This document shows positions 12,428 through 24,403 of a stretch of 64,000 nucleotides of DNA, one piece after another. Positions within the stretch are counted from its first letter, which is position 1. Each line of letters opens with the position of its first letter. The stretch comes from Piedraia hortae CBS 480.64 (taxonomy: Eukaryota): assembly GCA_010093745.1 (NCBI GenBank), contig MU005971.1:62001-126000 (forward strand). Direction: 5' to 3'. Under the pieces are notes generated by a model. That model saw nothing but the letters and a program-made list of their open reading frames with translations, had not been told where the DNA came from and made no database searches. A program made the position numbers and the translations under genes.

Positions 12428-15165
12428 TAAGTCATGCGAACTTGACAGCCAAAATAGACTTCCGTGCAGATGATCGGCTTAACGTATGCAGATTAATAGG
12501 CGGCGCCAAACGCATGGCTTCAATTCCGATAGAACAAAGCGGTCGATATGCAAGGGGTCGGGGTAAGAGGCTGACATTGAGGGACCACAGAGAGCCCCTT
12601 TGAGGCTGCATAGCTTTTCCTCTTCCTCTACCAGCCGGGCCATTATCATCCAGAGAGATATCTTCCCTGCGGCTGAACGCCATTCTCGGCAAAAGGCGGG
12701 TTGCCATAATTCGAAAAATCACGCATTCGAGCCACAACTGAAAGCCTATCCTTTCGCTGGATGTGGTGATTTTATGGCTGCGCCGTCGTGGCGACAAACC
12801 ACCAGACCCCACTGGGTGGGAGGGTACCGGCGGCTGACCCGACTGACGGGTTGCACAGGTGATGGCTAACGGACGTGCATGGACAACGAGGCCACCAAAG
12901 GCCACCAAAGTCTACCAAGTCCACCCAAAGGGGGGGGGGGGGGGGGAAACGCAATGCCCACAAACAGTCGAGTCAAGCAACAGCAAGACGTAGGCAAATC
13001 AACGGCGGTGGCGCCTCAGAGTCTAAATTTGGACTCGGGGATCTTCAAGCCCCTGCTCAAGCGTAGGCGCAGGGTGCAACGACATGTCAAGAGGCGGCTA
13101 CAGCCTTACGGACGCCTAACCTTTTCTGTTTGGCAGTCCCGCGGGCGAATGGCGCGCGGCGCCGTTTGTCAAATGGGCGATATGCAGCGCCCGATTGCGC
13201 AAATGGCAGCAAGGGGTGGCTTCGACAGAGCTCTTTGTGTATCCTGGCGCTGGGAAGCGGCCTTTTCAAGGCTGTTTTTATTGCTCTCTGTGTTGCCCTC
13301 CAAGTTGAAGCCGAAGATGACCGGCTGTGATTCTGCTGGGACAGGCGTACAAGCACACTAATGGGAACCCCCCTCCTCCCCACAATCTCCACCCCCAGGC
13401 CCATCTCTGCTTGATGCCCGTTGCAGCTGCATTCCTACAACGAATCCCCCCTCGGGCTGGCCATGTCCAGTAGTCATGACCAACATTTAAGCTTCGTCAC
13501 GGACGCCGCTCGCGCAAGGATTCTCCAAATGTAGGAATGCACTGCCGCTATGGTCGCCTTGGGCAGTCTGGGGAAAGGGAAGCAGCTCGAACCACCCATA
13601 CGGATCAGTGCGGCGGCGGTTATTCTTGACAGCAGCCAGCTAGGTAAGCAGGCTGCTCTCAACCATGCCGCGTCTATCCTCTTCCTAAGAGCTGCATCGC
13701 TGGCCTCTGGCTGTCTTTCTTTCTTTCTTTCTTTATACCACTCCGGCCCAACTCTCTTCTTTCCCTCGCCCTTTGCTCTCTCCATCGTTGGGCGTCTGGC
13801 GCGTATTTGTCCCACACACACGCCTGCTGACTTGGCAGCCCTTTTGGGCGGTCCACGGCCAGCTGCAACACAGGCTGCCGAGGGGATCGTCGTCTGTCAA
13901 ACCACCTGAGACATCTAAACAGCCAAGCAAGTCGGACCCGCGCTTCTGGTTGTCATTCCAAGCGCGAGTCCACCAACCTGGATATCCATCCGCCACACTG
14001 TCGTGGCGAACCGAATCGGCGCGATTAGCGAACGACTGCTCGGTGCTCTCTATAGCCGTCGCCCGTGGGAAGCAGCCCGGGCTGTCTTTAGCAGCCGCTT
14101 ACGCCACAGACATCCGCCACACCTGTCACCCCTCTCAACAGCGAGCTTGGTCACGAGGAAAGCCACACTGAGACGACATTCCTGGCGTCTGGCGACCATA
14201 GATCTTTTGCCCACTCTGCCTCTAACAGCAAGAGCAGTCCGAAAGTGAAGTGTGGGAGAACCGTCTACTCTTCTTCCTTGCATGCTTTCTCCCTTTGTGC
14301 ACGACGTTAAAAGTTGTCAAAAGCACGGTTCGATTTTTTTTCCATCCTGCTGAGAGAAATACGGGAAACTCGGAAGACGGTGACCATTGCATTGTTTGAC
14401 ACCCGAAGGGATTAGGCGGGAAAATAAAAAAACGCCCGTGCCTACCCTGGTAAGTCGACCGATGGGATGCCATCGAAGACCATGGGCAGCCGGGCTAATG
14501 CAAGTAATTCTAGGCGTTCTGGTTTGCCATTGTCATCTTGACCTGTCGTCTGGACCCCGAGGCTGGCGGATAGGCACAGCGACAAGGGCCCAGCCATCTG
14601 GGTCTTGTGCCTGACAGACCCTGCAATCTCCTGCGAACGCCTGCAAGACCCGCCTGGACGGCAACATTGACAGACGGGGGTCGTCTTGCGGGAAGGGCAC
14701 GAGCCGCTCGGACATCGCATCAAAGAAGGTCTGCCAGATCCTGCATGTCTTGGAACGGGTAACTGCACGTGCTTGGGGCAGCGGTTCGTCTTCAATCCCT
14801 GCCTGGCTTTGCCTTCCTCAGGGAGCCTACTCTTTTGCAAGCCTCCTGCCAGGTGGTACAAGTTCCAGCAGACTGCCTCTGCAGCAACTTCCTTATGCCG
14901 GCAGTGGTTCATCGCAAGCCTGGCATCAAGCATTTGCATACGTCAGGTGCGTTGCCTTTAGTTTCGGTACCCACGTCGATCGTAAGCGGAAGAGCATCAT
15001 TGTTCAGCCTAAAGCGGTGCTGATAACTAATAGGCCCCGAAACGATTAAGCGAGGCTGTTGCCGTGGTTGATGAAGATTGGGGCGACCCGACATCGATAC
15101 TTGGGAGCCATTGGCCTTGCAAAGGGCCTGAGACCCTGCTCGATCTGAGCAGCTATCTCAGTTCG

Positions 15166-17280
15166 ATGTCAGATTTCGATAAGTCACCGGCCTACGATGT
15201 GTACGGTAAGCCGATACCGTGGCGGCCCAGACGACTGACAGATGATCAACTAACGAACGTGCGTTTAGACTACTATCCCACCACGAGACCAGATCACGAG
15301 GAAAGCTTTGCAGACGTCGGGGCACACCCCAATTACCGTGCGCAATATGTGAGCGCACATGCGCCACTATCATCAGGTTTGCCGTCGGCTCCACACTCTC
15401 GCGCGCCATCCGGCCAAGACTATGGTGACGCTGCTTACTACGGCCAGCCCTATGATCCTCCGGCCTATATCGCTACGGGACTTCGGCAAATGCCAGAGGT
15501 AACCGTCTTTTCTCCGCAGCAGGGCGCTCCCGGCACAACTGTAGTCGTCTACTTCAAGTCTGTCTACAACCTCGATGCGCCGCTTGTCAATGTATCCTTG
15601 ATGTTTGGCTCGAACAAATGCCAGAGCACCTTGGTGAAGCGTAGCATCGAGAATGGCCCGGTCTATCTTTACGAGGTCACAGCCGAGGCTCCTCCGTATG
15701 ACTCTACGGCTTTGCCAAACCCGGTGCCGCTGCAGCTCGTTTTCGATAACAGTCTGATTGCCTGGGAGGCACCTTCCATCGATGTTGGGTTGTTCACATA
15801 TGTCGAAATACCTCCTTCGCCGTACTACCCGGCTATTGAGCCACTCCAGCCGAAAAGGAAGCGGAAGCTGTCAACGGGCGCATCTCCTCGTCAGTCTTCA
15901 TCGAAGAAGCCAATGTGGAAACAGGCCATTGGGCCAGCTCCGCCGCAGCCATATGCCCCGTCACCTTTTAGGCAACCAAGCCTTTCGGAGGGATATCCTC
16001 ACGCTCGGAGGCCAAGCAGCCAGGAAGCTGTATATGGCCTACCAAGTCAGCAGTATTATACGCCAAGTTCACCTTGGATCTATTCCCGGAATATGCCAGC
16101 GGAAGCGAGGGCGACTACAAGGTCAAGTCGACCGTCCATGTTGGTACCGTCTCCTGTGGGAGCCAGCGTGCCATCCCTCGTCCGCACTTCAGCGCTACAT
16201 TCTCCGCCTATGCCGCCAGCCGCCTCGTTCAATCCGTACTCCATGTACCCTAATAGCAAGGCACAACTGAACATTGTGGGGGATTTGGGCGCCATGGCTA
16301 CAGACTGGACACAGGCCGAGATTGACACTGGCAGGCGTTTGGTGCAGTTCAGTCGCAGCCAATCAGGCAGCGTGATCACGGCCACGTTTGAAGCTGTAAC
16401 GTTGGAAAACAGGATCGCAAACAATCACTGCATTAGCTGTATCTGGTGGGAGACGAGGCGTGAGTGCTATGTCACCAGCGTGGACACCATTTCGCTGTTA
16501 GAAGCACTTGTTGGCGTTCGGTTCACGGTGGAGGAGAAGAACCGCATTCGGCGGAACCTCGAAGGCTTTCGTCCGGCGACGGTGTCCAAGATGAAATCGG
16601 ACAGCGAGGACTTTTTCAAGCTGATTATGGGATTCCCACATCCAAAGCCACGGAATATTGAAAAAGACGTCAAAGTCTTCCCGTGGCGGATACTGGTCAC
16701 GGCGTTGAAGAAGATTATTGGCAAATATGCAAGTTGGAGTCGCAAACAGTGGAATTTGGCTGACGGATGGCAGTCTGCGAGCTACTCGTCGACAGCTGGG
16801 GTTCTGCCGGCGGTCATCTCCAGACCGAGCGATAGACAACCAGATGCTGTCGATCAGCTACAGCCCCCTAACCAGGCAGTGACATCTCCCGTTGCAAAGT
16901 CCACCAGCCCGGGCAACCAAGCCGATTCCGACGCATACCCGACAGCCAGAGCAACAAAGGAATACCATCACTCACCAGGTCACATGAGCAGCAGAACCAT
17001 GCTCGACGCATCAGCTGGCCCTATACGCATGCCAACAGTCGTAGAATCATGGCCCTCGCCACCGGGAACATATTCAGCCGAAGGGCCGTCGTTGAACCGG
17101 TCGTCATGGGATTATCACAGCTACCTCGGCGCCGCACCATTTGATTTCGCCCACCAGCAACCGCGATATCCTCCTTCTCTAACGAACACGCGCGTCGGAA
17201 TGCTGCCCACCACAGACGGTCGCTTCGTGCCCCTGCAGGATTATGAACCACAATGCAAGTCAACAACATCCGCGCCGTGA
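15166..17280 (+). CDS. medA: Developmental transcription regulator Medusa
   Basis: Conserved MedA domain ISCIWW..ECYVTSVDTI.LLE..FTVEEKNRIRRNLEGFRP..FFKLIMGFPHPKPRNIEKDVKVFPW; predicted introns 15206-15268 and 16729-16773 (GC-AG). Confidence 0.92.
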   Translation: MSDFDKSPAYDVYGKPIPWRPRRLTDDQLTNVRLDYYPTTRPDHEESFADVGAHPNYRAQYVSAHAPLSSGLPSAPHSRAPSGQDYGDAAYYGQPYDPPAYIATGLRQMPEVTVFSPQQGAPGTTVVVYFKSVYNLDAPLVNVSLMFGSNKCQSTLVKRSIENGPVYLYEVTAEAPPYDSTALPNPVPLQLVFDNSLIAWEAPSIDVGLFTYVEIPPSPYYPAIEPLQPKRKRKLSTGASPRQSSSKKPMWKQAIGPAPPQPYAPSPFRQPSLSEGYPHARRPSSQEAVYGLPSQQYYTPSSPWIYSRNMPAEARATTRSSRPSMLVPSPVGASVPSLVRTSALHSPPMPPAASFNPYSMYPNSKAQLNIVGDLGAMATDWTQAEIDTGRRLVQFSRSQSGSVITATFEAVTLENRIANNHCISCIWWETRRECYVTSVDTISLLEALVGVRFTVEEKNRIRRNLEGFRPATVSKMKSDSEDFFKLIMGFPHPKPRNIEKDVKVFPWRILVTALKKIIGKYASWSRKQWNLADGWQSASYSSTAGVLPAVISRPSDRQPDAVDQLQPPNQAVTSPVAKSTSPGNQADSDAYPTARATKEYHHSPGHMSSRTMLDASAGPIRMPTVVESWPSPPGTYSAEGPSLNRSSWDYHSYLGAAPFDFAHQQPRYPPSLTNTRVGMLPTTDGRFVPLQDYEPQCKSTTSAP

Positions 17281-17761
17281 TGAGATATCATCTAGTCATG
17301 TGTGACGCCACTTACAAAACTGTCCCTTGGTGGCATCCCGGTCACATGCTCTCAACCGATGGACATGACAATCTCTGTCCAAAACCCACACTTTTTCGAT
17401 TTTTGTTTGCTTTTAGATAAGCAGGTTCCCTCACGGGACTTTGTTAGAATAGATGGACAAAAAGTAGGGGGGCGCATGGGAGGTTTTTGGGCGTGTTATA
17501 TACCCCATCTGTTTTTATGTTAAAGTATCGTTGATTCATCGTTGTCATTAAACCATCCCGAATGTTGTAATAATAGATTTCCCTTGGTCAGCAAGGTCAC
17601 AGGTGAGCGTTGGCTGACAGGATGTGGTTGGTTGGTTGAACGATGATGATAGGAGGGCGGAGGGGTGTGACTTTGTGCCTGAGGCATCCAACTGCCAAGA
17701 GTCCGCCACTCCACCTCGCCTTTTTTCGACCCGGACAAAGAGAACAGGAAATACCGTTGAG

Positions 17762-18686
<925 letters not shown>

Positions 18687-18841
18687 ATTATCATCATAAC
18701 GAGGGTAAAGGTAGTCGCGGTATTGAGCTGATCGGATTCCTTCGTTAAATCAAAGCAGACTACTAGTCTCCTATAGTCTTCGTCATTGTCAAACCGGCAT
18801 TCTATGAATTAAGTATGATAGGCTGTCTATCCCCCACCCAT

Positions 18842-20074
18842 CTAAAACGTCTCCTCCCCAACACCCCTAACAAAACTCTCACTATCCGACCCATCCACAC
18901 CAGCAGTAAACATCAACTCCTCCACAATCCGTCTGCTGGCCTCCCTCGCCGGGGTTTGCATGACTCTACTCTGCGGAATCGAAAACTGCATCGTCTTGGG
19001 CGGACTCATCCCAAACAACGTATCCTCCCCTTCACTCTCCCCATCTCCTGCTGGCGTACCGAAAACGTTTCCCCTTGTCGTGTTCGTAAAGGTCTTGTCT
19101 TGCGGGCTGAAGAGGCGTCGTCCGGTAGATGTGATCCCCCTGGGGGTCGTACCGGGCGGGATGGTAGCCCCACCACCTGGGAGTGCAGCTCCACCAACCT
19201 TCTTGTATGGTGTAAGTACCGAAACCCCCGGCGTGCGAGGCTGTTTGATTGGAGAGAAGAGATCGCTCCGCAACTGTGGCGCTTCTTCGATGGGAGAGGA
19301 CGACCACAGATCTGTTGTTGTTTGGTTGCGGTGGGGGGTGACCTGGACGCGGTAGTTTTTGTCCAGCACGGAGCGGTGGAGGAGGGGGTCGGTGTTCTTT
19401 TCGGGGGAGGTAGGGTGCGTGGGGTGGGAGGTTTCGTTTTTGGGGTTTACTGTACGTGGGGGGAGGGTCGTTTCACGCTGATGTAGACTCGCTTCGCGAC
19501 GGGGTAGGGATGCTTCGCGCGAAGGAGTACGGGGTCCGTGGCCGAGGGGGTTGGTTCCGGTGTATTTTCTTGGTGAGGGGCCACGCTTCGTGGACTGTTC
19601 TATGGTCGATGGGGGAGCGAGTACGGGTGTGCTCCGTCTTCCGGTCGTTTGGGTGGGGGATTGGAGCTCGCTGTCGCTTTCGGAGAGGGCGGATCGGGTT
19701 GTTTCGTCGGTTTGTCCGGTTTCCGTGGTTTCGTCCCCCGGGGAGACGGGCGGTTGGGGTGTTGCGGTTGGGGTAGCAGAGTCGGATTCAGCCTGTGGCT
19801 GTGACTGTGCCCCCACCTGCTCCCCCGTAACAGGCTCGTCATAGCCTGAGAGGGAGACGTTGGCAGACGACTCGAAAAACTGTTTCCAGAATTTGGAACC
19901 CTCCCAGACTTGTGTGCTATTGTGGGCGTATTGCTCGATTATGGGTAATATGCTTGATGTTACGATCCGGTGGGCAGAATTGAAGTTGCTGTCGATTTCT
20001 TGGAGAGTGAGGGTGATGGATTGTTCGAGACGTTCGAGCTCTTCGGTAAGTGTTAGGGGCCGGGGACGGGACAT
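18842..20074 (-). CDS. ASK1: DASH/Dam1 complex subunit Ask1
   Basis: LTLTEELERLEQSITLTLQEIDSNF..HRIVTSSILP..SKFWKQFFESSANVSLSGY; C-terminal MSPPKTMQF..QTPAREASRRIVEELM. Confidence 0.93.
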   Translation of the reverse strand: MSRPRPLTLTEELERLEQSITLTLQEIDSNFNSAHRIVTSSILPIIEQYAHNSTQVWEGSKFWKQFFESSANVSLSGYDEPVTGEQVGAQSQPQAESDSATPTATPQPPVSPGDETTETGQTDETTRSALSESDSELQSPTQTTGRRSTPVLAPPSTIEQSTKRGPSPRKYTGTNPLGHGPRTPSREASLPRREASLHQRETTLPPRTVNPKNETSHPTHPTSPEKNTDPLLHRSVLDKNYRVQVTPHRNQTTTDLWSSSPIEEAPQLRSDLFSPIKQPRTPGVSVLTPYKKVGGAALPGGGATIPPGTTPRGITSTGRRLFSPQDKTFTNTTRGNVFGTPAGDGESEGEDTLFGMSPPKTMQFSIPQSRVMQTPAREASRRIVEELMFTAGVDGSDSESFVRGVGEETF

Positions 20075-20078
20075 TTTC

Positions 20079-20102
20079 GTTGTTGTTGTTGTTGTTGTTG
20101 TT
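20079..20102. repeat. (GTT)8 microsatellite immediately upstream of ASK1 start
   Basis: Direct reading of gttgttgtt... run. Confidence 0.9.
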
Positions 20103-20228
20103 AATGGTTCTTTGGGGTTTGTGTGTTTTGTGGAAGTGTCTGAGTTTGATGGCTGCATCATTCTCCGGGTTTACTTCGGCATCTTCCAGAAGTTTTGGAA
20201 CGTGGGACGGCATCGGGCAGCGTACACA

Positions 20229-21244
20229 ATGTTTCGTCCTAGGCAGCTTTACCACCGCATATCTCTCAAACGTAATGCTGCCGTACGCTGGCATTCGGTC
20301 ATCGTTACAGGATCCAGTCGCGGAATCGGCAAGGCCATTGCCCTCCGTCTTGCCCGCGATGGCTACAACGTCTGTGTCAACGACGTGAAATTCAACGCCT
20401 CAGACGCAGAATCCGTCGCGGAGGAAATTCGTTCCCTAGGCCGCAAGTCCGTTGTCGCTATTGCAGATGTCACCTCTTTGCCCCAAGTGGAAGATATGAT
20501 CCGCACCTCTGTGCGTTCGCTCGGCGAGTTGAACACAATGTAAGCTTCCCTTTTCCCTTTTTCGTCTTAAAGGTTTCCATACCCTCCTATGTCTTGGTTG
20601 AGGCCGATGTTTCAGGGTAGCGAACGCAGGCATCGCTCAGGTTAAAGCCCTCCTAGAACTGACCCCAGATGATACCCTGGACATGTTTCGTGTCAATGTT
20701 TTGGGAGTGCAAAATTGCTTCCAGGCCGCTGCGAAGCAGATGATTGCGCAGGGAAATGGATCGTCTGAGAAACCAAACAAATTGCTCGCCGCATCGAGCA
20801 TTGCGGGCTTCAGACCTTATCCGCTGCATTCGCATTATTGTGCGTCAAAGGCGGCAGTCAAATCCCTGACTGAAGGTTATGCGCTTGAGTTGGCGGAATA
20901 TCATATTACTGCCAATGCGTATGCCCCGGGGGTGGTGGCTACACCACTTTGGGAGGGAATTGACACTGCTACGGCAGAGAGGAAGGGGTGGGCTAAGGGT
21001 GAGGCTTTGGAGGGCATGAGGAAGAAGGTCAGTGTGATAGGAATCGTTCTTACCTTGGCTTATTCATGGTAGATTGTCCTGGGACGCATCAGTGTGCCGA
21101 ATGATGTTGCGAAACTGGTCAGCTTCCTTGCCTCGAGAGACTCGGACTATATCACTGGGTGAGTTTGGTAATTTCTATACTGTATCATCTCTAATCATCT
21201 TTAGCCAGACGCAAATCGTCGACGGTGGCATAGTCTGGGCTTAA
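20229..21244 (+). CDS. Short-chain dehydrogenase/reductase, acetoin/diacetyl reductase-like; 3 introns
   Basis: IVTGSSRGIGKAIA, VANAGI, YCASK (YxxxK), ITANAYAPG, YITGQTQIVDGG. Confidence 0.9.
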
Positions 21245-21254
21245 GACAATGTAT

Positions 21255-21944
21255 CTAACTCGTATTGGATGTAAACAGCTCGGGGAAAACTCCCCTAAGC
21301 TCGTCTAGTGCTTCAATTTCTGCCTCTCCCACAGGGGCATCCGGCTTCTGAGCCCCCGGCTCGACCAAATGCACAGCTTTCCAGCCATTCTCTTTCGCCC
21401 CAGCAACGTTAATGGCTGAGTCGTCTACAAAGAAACAATCTTTCACATCCTGCACACCGGCTTCCGCCATGGCCTTGGCATACATCTCCGGCCTGGGCTT
21501 GCAAATCAACTTCTCCGCTGCGTAGTCGCAATACGTCAACCCTTCGAACAAATCGTCCACCTCTAGCAGCTTTACAACCCTCCTCCCATGCGTCACGTAT
21601 GCATTTGTAAAGAGCCACAGCTTGACCTTGTCGCGGTCAATATCCTCGAGCAACTTCCTCAACTTGGCGTCTGGCTTTATGATGTCCCCCAGTGGCAGCG
21701 CATCGTCGACCTTTTGATTATAGTCTAAGGGGTCGACTTTGTGGTGTCGCACCAACCCCTCCAACGCAAGGCCGTAGTCTTTGTAATAGCGTTGATGCAA
21801 TTGAAACGCTTCACTTTGGGAAATACCAAGATGGGACTGAAAATACTTGTCGATCAAGCCCGACATAAGATCATGGATGCGATAACTTTTGGGATAGAGA
21901 CAGTTGTCAATATCGAAGAAAAACACTTTTCGCGGCGTTGCCAT
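21255..21944 (-). CDS. SDT1: HAD-family pyrimidine 5'-nucleotidase (Sdt1/Phm8-like)
   Basis: FFFDIDNCLY motif I, YYKDYGLALEGL, LFTNAY, CKP, FVDDS. Confidence 0.9.
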   Translation of the reverse strand: MATPRKVFFFDIDNCLYPKSYRIHDLMSGLIDKYFQSHLGISQSEAFQLHQRYYKDYGLALEGLVRHHKVDPLDYNQKVDDALPLGDIIKPDAKLRKLLEDIDRDKVKLWLFTNAYVTHGRRVVKLLEVDDLFEGLTYCDYAAEKLICKPRPEMYAKAMAEAGVQDVKDCFFVDDSAINVAGAKENGWKAVHLVEPGAQKPDAPVGEAEIEALDELRGVFPELFTSNTS

Positions 21945-22149
21945 TGTAGCAATGATTTACACTGATTCCGAACAGACTGCTTTTAGCCTGCAAACAAACT
22001 ACGTACGGCCATGAGAAAGAAAGAAGGCACAAAGAAGATGCGGTCGTGACGCTACGGGAGCGGCTCGGGCCGCCTGCACGATTGACACTTTGCGAACCTC
22101 AGCACGAACAGAAGGTGGAGTGCTGCATCCAGACTCGTAGAGATAAAAC

Positions 22150-23784
22150 ATGGTCTTGGGCACCAACGCGAAACCGCGCGTGTCGCTCCAAGAGACGGCA
22201 TTGAATCGCCAACTGCTGCGGTTGTTTGACGCCGTCTCCGCCCATAGGCATCCGGTGTTCAAGCTGCAGCAGGCGGCCATTGATGAGCTGAAAAAGTCAC
22301 TGTTGTCGGGTCAGAACGATGGGCAGAAAAAAACAAATGGGCTTGGAGTTGAGCCTCCCAAGCAAAAACTACAAGACGGGGGAAGGACCAATGTCCAATC
22401 TCGTCGCAAGCGTCTGGAAGCTGCCGTTTCGGCTCTGAGCGAAGCGAGCAAGCGTTTTGATGAAGGCCTGACGCCGCTTGATGTAACCTCGATCCTGCGT
22501 GCGGCCCAGTTGAGCGTGCCGCCCATCTCTGGCCTCCCTCCAGAGAGCACCAACCCAAGCGGGGGTCCCACCCCAGTAATATCCACGGAGGCAAGTACCC
22601 CATTTGCCGCTCCTAATAATCGCGTTCGTCCTGCTTCTACCCTCTCTCTAGTCACCACAGCGCGGCCTCGGCCAGAAGCGGAGGATGAAGAATACTCGCC
22701 CCCTGACCCGCTTACTTTTGATAAATCACGCCCTGCGCGGGCGATAGAGGTGTTGAACGAAGCTGCAGAGTCGGATTATGAGCCCGGCGAAGTTGCAGAT
22801 GACGTCTCCAACAGTCACATTGTTGCTCCGCAACCGCAGCGCATGCACCTGCGTGGTGAAACCACCGTCATGACGCTTGAATCCAGAAATCAAAACGATG
22901 TTTCTCGAGCTGGTCCACCCATTGACGCTTCCCGGCCGGTTCAATCTATCGAACAAGACTCCCCAGCCATCAATGGCCGCCAAATGTCTCATGCATATCA
23001 TGGAACAAGAAAACGCAAGAAGCCCCAGTGGGATTCTGTCGATATTCCGCTCAAAAGGGGAAGGCAAGTGATGTATGGTGGAGCTACTTCTCCTCCCCCA
23101 TCTCGAGTGGCGTGGGTCAAGCAGGAACCAACGTCTCCCCGACAAACACAACCTATCGATCTTACGGCGCCAGGCCTGGAGCCTCCACGATCCGCTTGGC
23201 CGCACCATCCTCCTGATCAGACGGTTGGAGGGGCGCCCCGTCAGATGAGTCAAGAGCGGGGTCTTGTGCGTGCCATCTCAGTTGCACACATCGGCGACCC
23301 CAATTCTGCTGCGTCAGCCATACCTCTGCCTCAGGAAGTTGATACTGGTGGGACACGTCATATGCGGCAGGAAACTGCGGTTCCAATCTACCATCAGCCC
23401 TACCCAGTTCCGGCTGCACAACGCATCATTGTTGACCAGTACGGTACGCAGTATCGTGAAGTCCGTCCCATGGAGCAGCGGATGGAGATTCAGTACGTCA
23501 ACCTTCCACCAGCGGCCTACGCTGAGCCTTCCGGGCCCCAATATACACCCGTCTATCAAACACCGCGGCCTGCCTACGAGGAGCCCGCGCCGACTTACCA
23601 GCAGCACGTCCAGTACGTCCAACCAAACGAGGCGCAACCGGCGTTTTATGCGCGTCACGCTTCGGTTGCTCCCGTCCAGTACCTTCCCCGGGCCCCACCT
23701 TCGCTTCCGCCGCCGCGGGCCGTGGCGTACGTGGATCAGTACGGGCGCGAGTTGCATCCCGAACAGATGCGTAGATATGCATGA
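22150..23784 (+). CDS. Hypothetical low-complexity Pro/Gln/Tyr-rich fungal protein
   Basis: 544-aa ATG-initiated ORF; two VDQYG motifs; no recognised domain. Confidence 0.7.
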   Translation: MVLGTNAKPRVSLQETALNRQLLRLFDAVSAHRHPVFKLQQAAIDELKKSLLSGQNDGQKKTNGLGVEPPKQKLQDGGRTNVQSRRKRLEAAVSALSEASKRFDEGLTPLDVTSILRAAQLSVPPISGLPPESTNPSGGPTPVISTEASTPFAAPNNRVRPASTLSLVTTARPRPEAEDEEYSPPDPLTFDKSRPARAIEVLNEAAESDYEPGEVADDVSNSHIVAPQPQRMHLRGETTVMTLESRNQNDVSRAGPPIDASRPVQSIEQDSPAINGRQMSHAYHGTRKRKKPQWDSVDIPLKRGRQVMYGGATSPPPSRVAWVKQEPTSPRQTQPIDLTAPGLEPPRSAWPHHPPDQTVGGAPRQMSQERGLVRAISVAHIGDPNSAASAIPLPQEVDTGGTRHMRQETAVPIYHQPYPVPAAQRIIVDQYGTQYREVRPMEQRMEIQYVNLPPAAYAEPSGPQYTPVYQTPRPAYEEPAPTYQQHVQYVQPNEAQPAFYARHASVAPVQYLPRAPPSLPPPRAVAYVDQYGRELHPEQMRRYA

Positions 23785-24403
23785 GTGAGTGGCTGTAGGA
23801 TTAGATGAGGCGTCTTAATGCGTAGCATGCGACATGCGGCTGGTGGTTTTTCATTCTAGTAGACGTCTGTGTAACATGTATAGCTGCAAGTGGACCCTGC
23901 AATGGAAAACCTTGATCGGAATACCGCCTTGTGAATGTGGCAAGGCGGAGAATTTCTACCATCAGATGAAGCCTCGATTAATTCTCCGGTCGCAAATACC
24001 CTCTTCCTGCCGCAGATCTGCTCTTTCTGTTACAGACGACCAGGTTCTGGACAGTCTAGACCGGCCTCACGTGAGCTCAGGTAAAAAGTCGATGTCACGT
24101 GCGACACCTCCGCTCCCATGCAGGGTGGTCCAAGCACCAAGAGTTCACCGTCTCCACCCTGAAAGCCAACTCTATTCATTCGTTTGGAAAAGGAAAAGGG
24201 ACGACGGAAGCTGCAGACGGGAGCAGTTCGCAAAAGAAAGAGACCGAGACATCGGAGCGACGGGAACTCGAGGAGATCGGGCGATGCGTTTTCTGGACTC
24301 CGCCGAGTGCAGACAGCGGAGAAGTGCGTGACGTCCACTGACGGAGCGGCTGATCTTTACGGGGGCAGGGCAGAGCTTCTCAGAGTATTCTGCATACCAA
24401 ACT

